Positions 6,548-14,311 of a stretch of DNA of 33,070 nt are shown here, one piece after another. This DNA is from Candidatus Beckwithbacteria bacterium (GTDB lineage Bacteria; Patescibacteriota; Microgenomatia; UBA1400; CG1-02-47-37). The notes beneath the pieces are model-generated. The model searched no databases. It saw nothing but the letters and a program-made list of their open reading frames with translations, and was not told the origin of the DNA. Positions within the stretch are counted from its first letter, which is position 1, and every line of letters starts with the position of its first letter. The translations under genes and the position numbers were made by a program. The stretch is taken from NCBI GenBank assembly GCA_043826085.1, contig JBDRQW010000046.1, positions 1 to 33,070 of the forward strand. Direction: 5' to 3'.

Positions 6548-7954
6548 ATGACGTCAAAAGAAATTAAAACTAAACCGCTTCAATTATTAACTTCTCAAAG
6601 AGAAATAAATAGATTTAATCTTAAGCCTGAACAGCCCTTATTTGCTTTAACTAGCGATGGAGGAATGGTTAAATCTCAAGATCCAAGAGTAAATTCTGTT
6701 GGAGAATTATTAACAAAGGTTGAAGATTTACTTCTTGAGCCAGAAGCAGTTTTTTGTGAAGAAATTTTATCTAGGATTTTAGATAAATCAACTAGTAGTG
6801 TTGCCAGACTAGAACCTCAGGCATTATTATCTCCACTTGAGTTTGAAGCTTACGTTTATAGATTTAAGAATGGTGGTGCTTATCTTAACCCAACACAGGA
6901 TTTTTATGCAGTTGTAGATGAAACAAAACTACCGGTGGCATATGGTTCAAGAAGCAGTCTATGCCCACCTATGGCAAATATTTCAATATTCAGTCAAAAA
7001 CTGATGAATATTCCAGACGAACCAGTCTGTACTGGAGGGGTTCAACCTTGTTTACGAAATGAGGTAATTTATGAACAGGAAAAAATCCGGTTCCCATGGT
7101 TTACCCAAACAGATATTGAACTAATAGCAATAACTTCACTTGACCAACAAGAGAATCAAGAAATTCTGTTAGATACCTATTCTTGCTATCAAATGATCAA
7201 AGCACTCGAATTAGCAGGTATTCCTAATAAAAGTATCGAAATTAGAATTAATAATTATATGCAAATTCTAAATAATGTTCTTGGAGATCAAGTCCCATGG
7301 TTAGAAAAAGAAATTTTTGGTTATCAATCACTTAATAATTTATCAGCCTTAAAAGCTGCTAGAAAAACAGAAACTGATGAGTATCGGATAGAACAAAAAC
7401 AATCCCTAAATAAATTATCTAATTTCTGTAAAAAGTTTGATGTTCCTGAAGAAGCTCAAGCATTTTTCTCAAATATAATCACTAAGGGTGGATATGATTT
7501 TTCTTGCCTATCTGATAATCCTGGAGAATCACCCGAAATAATAACAAATTTTAATTACATTGATGCAATCCAGGCTTACTTACGATTAATTACTACGTCA
7601 ACCTTGCTTAGAAATTTTTTCCCTGGAAGGCAAATATGTAAAATCGATCCACTTTCATATAGGGGAGGTTTTCCTGGTTATGACAAAACTACTATGCAAA
7701 TAGACGTTATTCTCCCAAACGATCAAGTAATGATAGAGGTTGGCGGTGGCGGAGCTTATCCGAATTCCCTGCAAACAGCGGCTGAAGTACTGGGTGATAG
7801 TTATTTAAATCAACCTCAATCCTATGCAGTTGGATTTGCTTTAGGTAATGCTCGTGTATACAGTGCAATGGAAAAGTTTTTACCATCACCACAAGTTAAT
7901 TCGACAGTTTCTGTTTTATCTTGGAATGAATTTCTAGAAGTATGCAACCAATAA
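6548..7954 (+). CDS. Degenerate class II aaRS-like protein (HisRS/HisZ-like catalytic core, no anticodon-binding domain)
   Basis: 468 aa, with the hisS product in this window as comparator:
- Motif-2-like: CLRNEVIYEQEKIRFPWFTQTDIELIA (aa 168-194) versus VWRAEKPQKGRFREFTQCDADTIG.
- DPLSYRGGFPGYD versus FIARGLAYYTG.
- Motif-3-like: VGGGGAYPN...YAVGFALGNARVY versus GCGRYDN...ATGGSFGIERIV.
The protein ends about 25 aa after motif 3. Confidence 0.6.
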   Translation: MTSKEIKTKPLQLLTSQREINRFNLKPEQPLFALTSDGGMVKSQDPRVNSVGELLTKVEDLLLEPEAVFCEEILSRILDKSTSSVARLEPQALLSPLEFEAYVYRFKNGGAYLNPTQDFYAVVDETKLPVAYGSRSSLCPPMANISIFSQKLMNIPDEPVCTGGVQPCLRNEVIYEQEKIRFPWFTQTDIELIAITSLDQQENQEILLDTYSCYQMIKALELAGIPNKSIEIRINNYMQILNNVLGDQVPWLEKEIFGYQSLNNLSALKAARKTETDEYRIEQKQSLNKLSNFCKKFDVPEEAQAFFSNIITKGGYDFSCLSDNPGESPEIITNFNYIDAIQAYLRLITTSTLLRNFFPGRQICKIDPLSYRGGFPGYDKTTMQIDVILPNDQVMIEVGGGGAYPNSLQTAAEVLGDSYLNQPQSYAVGFALGNARVYSAMEKFLPSPQVNSTVSVLSWNEFLEVCNQ

Positions 7955-9024
7955 GAAAAGAGATCATTTCAATAGTTTCTAAACTTATATCTTTTAAAAC
8001 TATTGATAAAAATTTACAAGAAATAAATAACTGCATTGATTATATTCAAGATTATTTTTCAAATTCAAAATTGATAGTAAAAAAATTTACTTCTGGGAAT
8101 ATTCCTTCATTAGTTATTAGTAATCAAGATACTAAATCTTTTGATATTTTGTTTAATGGGCATATAGACGTAGTGCCTGGAACAAAAAAACAATTTACTG
8201 CAAAAGTAACTAATTTAAAAATATTTGGTCGAGGAGCAATTGATATGAAAGGCTCAATTGCTAGTTTAATGGTGCTGTTTAAAAATTTACCGAAGATCAA
8301 CAAAAAGGTTGGATTAATGATCGTTAGCGACGAAGAAATTAATGGCACTAACGGAACAAATTATTTAGTTAATAAAAAAGTTTTAAAATCTAAATTTACT
8401 ATTATTGCTGAAGAAAGCGATTTTAATATTGTAACTAAACAGAAGGGGCAAATAACAATAAAATTAAAAGCATTGGGTAAGAGTGGACATGGATCTCAAC
8501 CGTGGGCTGGTGAAAATGCAATTGAAAAACTTTATAAATATTATTTAAAAATTAGAAATAAATTTCCACAAAATCAAACAGATATTTGGAATTCAAGTAG
8601 TATCAATCTAGGAGTTATTGCGGGAGGTGAAGCAGTTAATGTTATTCCAAATTATGCAGAAGCAAAAATTGATATTAGATATCCGACTATCAAAAGATTA
8701 GAAACTCTTTTACATGATTTAAAAAAAATTACTCAAAGCGATGAAACATTTATGATTAATTCCAAAACTAATCCGATGAACTCTGGAAGATCTTTACCTT
8801 ATATTAATAAACTAAAACAGATAATAAAGGAGGAGATTGGACGTAAATCTCAAATCAAATGGACAAATTATTGTAGTGATGGAAGGTATTTTTCTGACAA
8901 GAAACTGCCTGTAATAGAATTTGGTCCAACTGGAGAAAATTACCACACTATAAAAGAGTATGTTGAAATAAACAGCCTAGTTCAATACTATAATATTATT
9001 AATAAGCTGATAGAATCAATCTAG
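7942..9024 (+). CDS. M20-family metallopeptidase/deacylase (ArgE/DapE/PepV-like)
   Basis: 360 aa. NGHIDVVPG, GRGAIDMKG, VSDEEINGTNG and GKSGHGSQPW are M20 metal-binding and catalytic motifs. The start overlaps the upstream ORF by 13 nt. Confidence 0.8.
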   Translation: MQPIRKEIISIVSKLISFKTIDKNLQEINNCIDYIQDYFSNSKLIVKKFTSGNIPSLVISNQDTKSFDILFNGHIDVVPGTKKQFTAKVTNLKIFGRGAIDMKGSIASLMVLFKNLPKINKKVGLMIVSDEEINGTNGTNYLVNKKVLKSKFTIIAEESDFNIVTKQKGQITIKLKALGKSGHGSQPWAGENAIEKLYKYYLKIRNKFPQNQTDIWNSSSINLGVIAGGEAVNVIPNYAEAKIDIRYPTIKRLETLLHDLKKITQSDETFMINSKTNPMNSGRSLPYINKLKQIIKEEIGRKSQIKWTNYCSDGRYFSDKKLPVIEFGPTGENYHTIKEYVEINSLVQYYNIINKLIESI

Positions 9025-9027
9025 TTT

Positions 9028-9984
9028 ATGAGCTCTAAAATAAATCCATTCACCAACGTCATTCAAAACTGCATGGCTGTCAAACCAACCGATTCAGTTC
9101 TAATCGTCACTGATCCTACAAGAAATCTCCTTGCATGTGAGTTCTTAAAAGCGGCTAAAGAAATCACCAAAAAAGCTGAGCTTATTTCTTTTGACAGCAT
9201 GATCGAGAACGCCCAGGAGCCGCCAAAAGAAATCGGCGATCTTTTACACACATCTGATGTGTGTTTGTTAATAACCACCTATTCCCTCTCCCACACCCAA
9301 GCCAGAAAAAACGCTTGCAAGGCTGGTGCCCGAATTGCTTCCATGCCAGGCATCACCAAAGACATGATATTAAGAACCCTATCTGAGGATTACTCAGAGA
9401 TTGCCAAAACTAGCCAAAAATTAAAAAAAGTTTTAGAAACAGGTAAAAAAGTTACTATTACCTCTCCAGGTGGCACTAACCTCACTCTTACCATCACTAA
9501 TCGGCCAGTTATTGCCGATACCGGCTTTTTCACTAAACCGGGCGACTTTGGTAACTTACCAGCCGGAGAAACTTTCTTAGCTCCAATTGAAGAAAAAACT
9601 AACGGCACAATTATTTTTGATGGTTCCTTTGCCGGTATCACTCTAGATAAACCCATTAAAATAGAAGTTAAAAACGGCCTTGCTATAAAAATCTCTGGCG
9701 GTAAAGCCGCCAAAACCCTCAAGAAACTCATTGACAGGGTCAGACCCTGTCATAAAGCTAAAATCATTGGTGAACTTGGTCTTGGCACCAATAAAACCTG
9801 TAAGCTATGTCCACAAATTTTAGAAGCCGAAAAAGTCTATGGTACTGCCCATCTAGCTCTTGGTAATAACTTTGGTTTTGGTGGCAGTAACCAAGTCTCC
9901 TTCCACTCCGACGGCATTATCCTCAACCCAACTGTTACAGTTGACAAAAAAATCATCATCAAAAATAACAAAATCCTAATCTAA
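9028..9984 (+). CDS. M29-family aminopeptidase (AmpS/PepS-like, short form)
   Basis: 318 aa. GNLPAGETFLAP, GELGLGTN, GTAHLALGN and SFHSDGI match M29 conserved blocks. Lies 3 nt after the M20 stop. Confidence 0.75.
   Translation: MSSKINPFTNVIQNCMAVKPTDSVLIVTDPTRNLLACEFLKAAKEITKKAELISFDSMIENAQEPPKEIGDLLHTSDVCLLITTYSLSHTQARKNACKAGARIASMPGITKDMILRTLSEDYSEIAKTSQKLKKVLETGKKVTITSPGGTNLTLTITNRPVIADTGFFTKPGDFGNLPAGETFLAPIEEKTNGTIIFDGSFAGITLDKPIKIEVKNGLAIKISGGKAAKTLKKLIDRVRPCHKAKIIGELGLGTNKTCKLCPQILEAEKVYGTAHLALGNNFGFGGSNQVSFHSDGIILNPTVTVDKKIIIKNNKILI
9244..9266. repeat. Copy 1 of the 23-nt element TTACACACATCTGATGTGTGTTT (core 9+1+9 palindrome)
   Basis: Identical 23-mer to the copies at 18194-18216 and 19823-19845. 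In frame inside the M29 CDS, encoding LHTSDVCL. Confidence 0.85.
9732..9752. repeat. 21-nt perfect palindrome inside the M29 CDS
   Basis: tgacagggtc-a-gaccctgtca, encoding DRVRPCH. Confidence 0.7.
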
Positions 9985-10007
9985 CCTACAAGGATCATCC
10001 CTGTAGG
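9985..10007. other. Imperfect hairpin immediately after the M29 stop
   Basis: cctacaagg-atcat-ccctgtagg: 8 of 9 stem positions pair. Confidence 0.45.
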
Positions 10008-10048
10008 CTGATTAATTAACATCCTAACCCAAGAAGACTCTTTTCACA

Positions 10049-10075
10049 CACCTGCAGGGTTGAACCCTGCAGGTG
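10049..10075. repeat. ACCTGCAGGG-type hairpin, copy 2
   Basis: cacctgcaggg-ttgaa-ccctgcaggtg: an 11-bp perfect stem between the M29 gene and hisS. Confidence 0.7.
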
Positions 10076-10111
10076 AATAAATAAGAAATAAACTATGGTA
10101 AACTAATAAAT

Positions 10112-11455
10112 ATGACTAAACTAAAAGCTCAAAAACTAGCCGGATTTAGAGACTTCTTTGCCGAAGATATTAAAATCCGGGAATTTGTAATTAACGCTTT
10201 CAAAACAGTATTTGAAAAATATGGTTACGAACCCTTGCAAACCCCGGCCCTAGAGTACACTGATATTTTCGCTGGTGAAACCGGAGAAGAAGCTGAAAAA
10301 CTTTTTTATAATTTTAAAGATAACGGCGGCAGGGACATCATGCTTAAATATGAAGTTATGATCTCCATGTGTCGAGCCGTAGCTGAAAACATCAATAAGA
10401 TCACCTTCCCCTACAAACGCTACCAAATCCAAAATGTCTGGCGGGCTGAAAAACCACAAAAAGGGCGCTTTAGAGAATTTACTCAATGTGATGCTGATAC
10501 CATCGGCACAGCCTCTGTTATCACTGATGCTGAGTTTATCCAAATGGGTATTGAAGTCATGCAAAAACTTGGCTTTAAAAACTTCATCGCCAATATCTCT
10601 AATCGAAAATTCTTAAACGGTCTAGTTAAATTTGCCGGCGCTAAAGATAACGACTTTATCCCAATTTGCCTGTCAATTGATAAACTTCCAAAAATAGGCC
10701 GCGATAAAGTTAAACAAGAACTAGTTGCTAAAAGAAAAATATCTCCGGATATCGCCGATAAAGTTCTAGATGTTGTCACTACTACCGGTAAGTCAGATCA
10801 ACTAATTAAGAAATTCAAAACTCAAATGAAAAACATTCCGGAAGCTATCAAAGGCTTAGAAGAACTGGAAACTATTTTTAATTACTTAAAAACATCTAAG
10901 GTTAATTCTAAATTTTATCAATTTTCCCCTTTTATTGCTCGAGGTTTAGCTTACTATACCGGTCCAGTCTGGGAATTTGAAATTCTTGAAGGAAATATTG
11001 GTTCAGTCGCCGGCTGTGGTCGCTACGATAACACCATTGGTAACTTAATCGGCTCAGGCAAACAAGTCCCAGCTACAGGAGGCTCGTTTGGCATCGAAAG
11101 AATCGTAGAGGTAATCAAAGACAGGAAAATGATTAAAATTGATATCACGCCGGTTAAGGCTCTAGTGACCTGGTTTGCTGATAAAACTTTTGACCAAAGT
11201 TTAGTTGTTGCAAATAAATTAAGAAACAATAACATCTCCACTATGTTATATCCGGAGATGGATAAACTTAATAAACAACTCAAATACGCCGATCAGAAAC
11301 AAATTCCTTTTGTAATTATCATCGGCCCGGATGAAGTCAAGAAAAATTTAGTCACCCTCAAAAACATGAATAAAAAATCTCAAACCACCCTCCCCCTTGA
11401 AAAAGTAATCGCTAAACTTCGGCCAAAGGCCGATCAGCCTCTGGCTGAAAAATAA
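10112..11455 (+). CDS. hisS: Histidine--tRNA ligase
   Basis: 447 aa. Motif 2 WRAEKPQKGRFREFTQCD, ARGLAYYTG, motif 3 GCGRYDN...GGSFGIERI, and a C-terminal anticodon-binding domain (IPFVIIIGPDE). Confidence 0.92.
   Translation: MTKLKAQKLAGFRDFFAEDIKIREFVINAFKTVFEKYGYEPLQTPALEYTDIFAGETGEEAEKLFYNFKDNGGRDIMLKYEVMISMCRAVAENINKITFPYKRYQIQNVWRAEKPQKGRFREFTQCDADTIGTASVITDAEFIQMGIEVMQKLGFKNFIANISNRKFLNGLVKFAGAKDNDFIPICLSIDKLPKIGRDKVKQELVAKRKISPDIADKVLDVVTTTGKSDQLIKKFKTQMKNIPEAIKGLEELETIFNYLKTSKVNSKFYQFSPFIARGLAYYTGPVWEFEILEGNIGSVAGCGRYDNTIGNLIGSGKQVPATGGSFGIERIVEVIKDRKMIKIDITPVKALVTWFADKTFDQSLVVANKLRNNNISTMLYPEMDKLNKQLKYADQKQIPFVIIIGPDEVKKNLVTLKNMNKKSQTTLPLEKVIAKLRPKADQPLAEK
11419..11448 (+). other. 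Twin GC-rich mini-hairpins forming the last codons of hisS
   Basis: tcggcc-aaa-ggccga and tcagcc-tct-ggctga, encoding the C-terminal tail RPKADQPLAE. Confidence 0.5.
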
Positions 11456-11462
11456 TACCCCA

Positions 11463-12365
11463 ATGCCTAAACGTCTTAAAGCCTATCTAGCCCTCATCGT
11501 CGTCGCCATTGTTTGGGGTGCCGCCCTGCCCATTGTCAAACCGGCCCTTGAATTTATCACTCCCGCGCAATTTTTATTTTTCCGCTACCTTTTAGCCGCC
11601 CCATTAGCTTTACCAATATTTATTTACTACTTCATCAAGTTGAAACCAAAACGTAATCTCATCATCAAAATTATATTATTAGAAGCCTTCACTTACTTTA
11701 CTTTAATTATTCTTTATCAAGGCCTCAAGCTGACTTCAGCCATCGAAGCATCTTTAATCGGCGCCACCGGCCCGATTTTTACTGTTTTAGGCGGTATTCT
11801 CTTTCTCAAAGAAAAAGAAGAAAAACGAGAATGGCTAGGCTTAATAATTAGTTTTTTTGGCACTATCATACTGATAGTTGAACCCCTGTTAACTGGCGCA
11901 AATTCTTCAATTGGTCTTTCCTTAAACGGCAACTTAATGATTATTGGATACAACCTAACTTGGACCGCCTATCTTTTAATTGCCAAAAAACTTTATCAAA
12001 AACTTCCCAAACTATTTATCTCAAGTTTTAGCTACCAAATCGGTTTACTATGCTTTTTTCTCATCAACCACTTTAACCACAATTCAATGTCCTTATCTTT
12101 ACTCTCTCACCCAAGCGTAGCCATAGCCGCCATTTACATGGCCGTCTTTGGCTCAATTATCGGCTTTACTCTTTACATCTACGGTCAAAACCTCATCGAG
12201 GCCTCAGAAGCCTGCCTCTTTACTTACTTACAAGGAGTTGTTGCCATTCCTGTTGCAATTATTTTGCTCAACGAGTCCATCACTTGGCCCGCCTTACTAG
12301 CTATACTGATCATCTCCATCGGTATCTTTTTAGCCGAATATCGGCCTAGAAAAATAACTACTTAA
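11463..12365 (+). CDS. EamA/DMT-superfamily transporter
   Basis: 300 aa with about 10 hydrophobic segments in two halves and the N-terminal WGAALPIVK-type EamA pattern. Confidence 0.75.
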   Translation: MPKRLKAYLALIVVAIVWGAALPIVKPALEFITPAQFLFFRYLLAAPLALPIFIYYFIKLKPKRNLIIKIILLEAFTYFTLIILYQGLKLTSAIEASLIGATGPIFTVLGGILFLKEKEEKREWLGLIISFFGTIILIVEPLLTGANSSIGLSLNGNLMIIGYNLTWTAYLLIAKKLYQKLPKLFISSFSYQIGLLCFFLINHFNHNSMSLSLLSHPSVAIAAIYMAVFGSIIGFTLYIYGQNLIEASEACLFTYLQGVVAIPVAIILLNESITWPALLAILIISIGIFLAEYRPRKITT

Positions 12366-12384
12366 CTGATATAATCCTCTGGTT

Positions 12385-12708
12385 ATGAAAAAAAAGATTC
12401 ATCCTAAATACTATTCCAATTGCAAAGTCACTTGTGCTTGTGGCAATGTCTTTACCACCGGCTCTACTCTCGAGGAAATTAAGGTCGACATTTGCTCTGC
12501 CTGCCATCCCTTTTTTACCGGTAAAATGAAATTTATTGACACCATGGGCCGAGTCGAAAAATTCCAAAAAAGTCAAAAAAAAGCAGAAAAAAAGAAATAC
12601 ACCAAAAAAATAGACCGAAAAAGATTAGAAGAAAAATTAGAAAAAGCTAAGCCTAGAACCTTAAAAGAAATGATTGAACAACAAGCAAAGAAAAAGAAAA
12701 AACAATGA
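12385..12708 (+). CDS. rpmE: Ribosomal protein L31 with a long Lys-rich C-terminal extension
   Basis: [10 protein letters not shown]...CACGN...[11 protein letters not shown]...D..GRVEKF is the L31 signature. About 40 extra residues follow, rich in K and E. Confidence 0.9.
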   Translation: MKKKIHPKYYSNCKVTCACGNVFTTGSTLEEIKVDICSACHPFFTGKMKFIDTMGRVEKFQKSQKKAEKKKYTKKIDRKRLEEKLEKAKPRTLKEMIEQQAKKKKKQ

Positions 12709-13595
12709 ACGACTACCTCAAAGAGGAGGTCAAGCGCTTAGAAGAAAAAATTAAAAAAACTTCAACCCTCCTCAAAGACCCTCAACTAAAGGACTTAGCT
12801 CAAGAAGAAGTTACTTCTCTCGAATCCCAACTCCAATCTTTAAATTCATTACCACTCCGGAGTGGTAATGAAAAGAAAAAAACAAAAAAACTACAAATAC
12901 GCCAAGGAAATATTATTATCGAAGTTCGATCCGCCGCTGGCGGTGAAGAAGCTAAAATTTGGGCCGACGACCTACTTGAAATGTACACTCGTTTTGCAGA
13001 AATTCAAGGCTTAGAAATCATCCCATTAAGCTCCGGAACTATTAAAATCAAGGGAAAGAAAGCCCACTCTCTTTACCAATTTGAATCTGGGGTTCATCGA
13101 GTTCAAAGAGTTCCAACCACTGAATCCCAAGGTAGAATTCACACCTCTACCGCCACTGTTACCATTCTTCCGGAAGTTAAAGAAACTGAAATTATTATTA
13201 ACCCAAAAGATATTACTATTGAGTTTTATCGATCATCAGGATCAGGTGGCCAAAATGTAAATAAAGTTTCTACGGCAGTCAGACTAAAACACGCTCCCTC
13301 CGGAATCGTCATTGAGTCTCAAACTCAACGCACTCAAGAACAAAACCGAAAAATTGCTTACGATTTATTACGCTCTAAACTCTACACTATAAAAAAAGAC
13401 AAAGAAATAACCAAAGTCGACTCAACCAGAAAACAAGCGGTTGGTCGTGGCATGAGAGCCGAAAAAATCAGAACCTACAACTTTCCCCAAAACCGAGTCA
13501 CTGATCACCGTCTCCAAAAATCATTCAAAGACTTAAAAAACATCATGGAAGGCAACCTCTTACAAATCGTAACCAATCTTCAACAATTATCCTAA
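12705..13595 (+). CDS. prfA: Peptide chain release factor 1 (compact form)
   Basis: 296 aa. [20 protein letters not shown] (PxT-type RF1 tripeptide region) and [10 protein letters not shown] (GGQ). ATGA overlap with rpmE. Confidence 0.9.
   Translation: MNDYLKEEVKRLEEKIKKTSTLLKDPQLKDLAQEEVTSLESQLQSLNSLPLRSGNEKKKTKKLQIRQGNIIIEVRSAAGGEEAKIWADDLLEMYTRFAEIQGLEIIPLSSGTIKIKGKKAHSLYQFESGVHRVQRVPTTESQGRIHTSTATVTILPEVKETEIIINPKDITIEFYRSSGSGGQNVNKVSTAVRLKHAPSGIVIESQTQRTQEQNRKIAYDLLRSKLYTIKKDKEITKVDSTRKQAVGRGMRAEKIRTYNFPQNRVTDHRLQKSFKDLKNIMEGNLLQIVTNLQQLS
12847..12870. repeat. 24-nt perfect palindrome inside the prfA N-terminal region
   Basis: cattaccactcc|ggagtggtaatg, encoding SLPLRSGN. The core CACTCCGGAGTG resembles the arms of the 3400-3436 hairpin. 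Confidence 0.75.
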
Positions 13596-13596
13596 A

Positions 13597-14280
13597 CTAA
13601 TCCAAGCCAAGAGTTTTAAATACGGCGTTTTTATTAGCTTTATATATAATATCCCCGTCAAAAATATCACCAGGTATATCTATTAATTTAGTTTCAGGCA
13701 ACTCATGTCCATATTGGTCCAGTATTTGCCTTGCAGTATTGTTATACGTTTCAATTTGTATAAATATCCTTTGTTTTATTTCTTCAAGGTGATCTTTGTC
13801 AGTTTCAAAAATTAACTTTATTCGTGATAAAACCGCCCTAGGCTTAATCAGAGTAACACATATTAAATCTTCCATTTGAATAAACCTTAACAATTTGCTT
13901 CTCCATTCCTGAAAAGATTTTTCATCTTTAAACCTACCTGCTTTCATATACATCTCCGCAACTACCATTGCCTGAAAGGGGCCATCAGTCAACAGCAATA
14001 CTCCGGCATGAGCTTTCTTTCTCTCAACTAATTTACACACAGTATTTGTATATAAAGGCAATTCATTTTCACTGTCGTTTAATGGATCAGGCAACAAAGA
14101 CATACCGCATAAACCTCTATGTTTCTTGCCAGTTTCTCGTGTCAATAAATTATCAAGCGTACCGTTCACTAATAAAGTATATTTTCCCCGAAACGGTGTC
14201 CCGCAGAATTCAATTCTTGTTGTAACATTTAAAATGTTGGTATTTTCTTTTTTGCGAAATAAATTGTATTTTTCATTCAT
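13597..14280 (-). CDS. Hypothetical protein (possible degenerate P-loop fold)
   Basis: 227 aa. Only weak cues: GTPFRGKYT (Walker-A-like, with Y in place of S/T) and LLLTDG. Visibly AT-rich. The stop lies 1 nt from the prfA stop, in convergent orientation. Confidence 0.5.
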   Translation of the reverse strand: MNEKYNLFRKKENTNILNVTTRIEFCGTPFRGKYTLLVNGTLDNLLTRETGKKHRGLCGMSLLPDPLNDSENELPLYTNTVCKLVERKKAHAGVLLLTDGPFQAMVVAEMYMKAGRFKDEKSFQEWRSKLLRFIQMEDLICVTLIKPRAVLSRIKLIFETDKDHLEEIKQRIFIQIETYNNTARQILDQYGHELPETKLIDIPGDIFDGDIIYKANKNAVFKTLGLD

Positions 14281-14311
14281 TTATCTTTAAAGTAAAATTT
14301 TAATTAACCTC

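Noticed and set aside
9985-10111. Possible T-box or other riboswitch leader upstream of hisS.
   Set aside because: Only about 125 nt are available. I could not find a T-box consensus (AANNNGGGUGGNACCNCG-like) or a specifier-loop architecture. The two hairpins are better explained as members of the palindromic repeat families.
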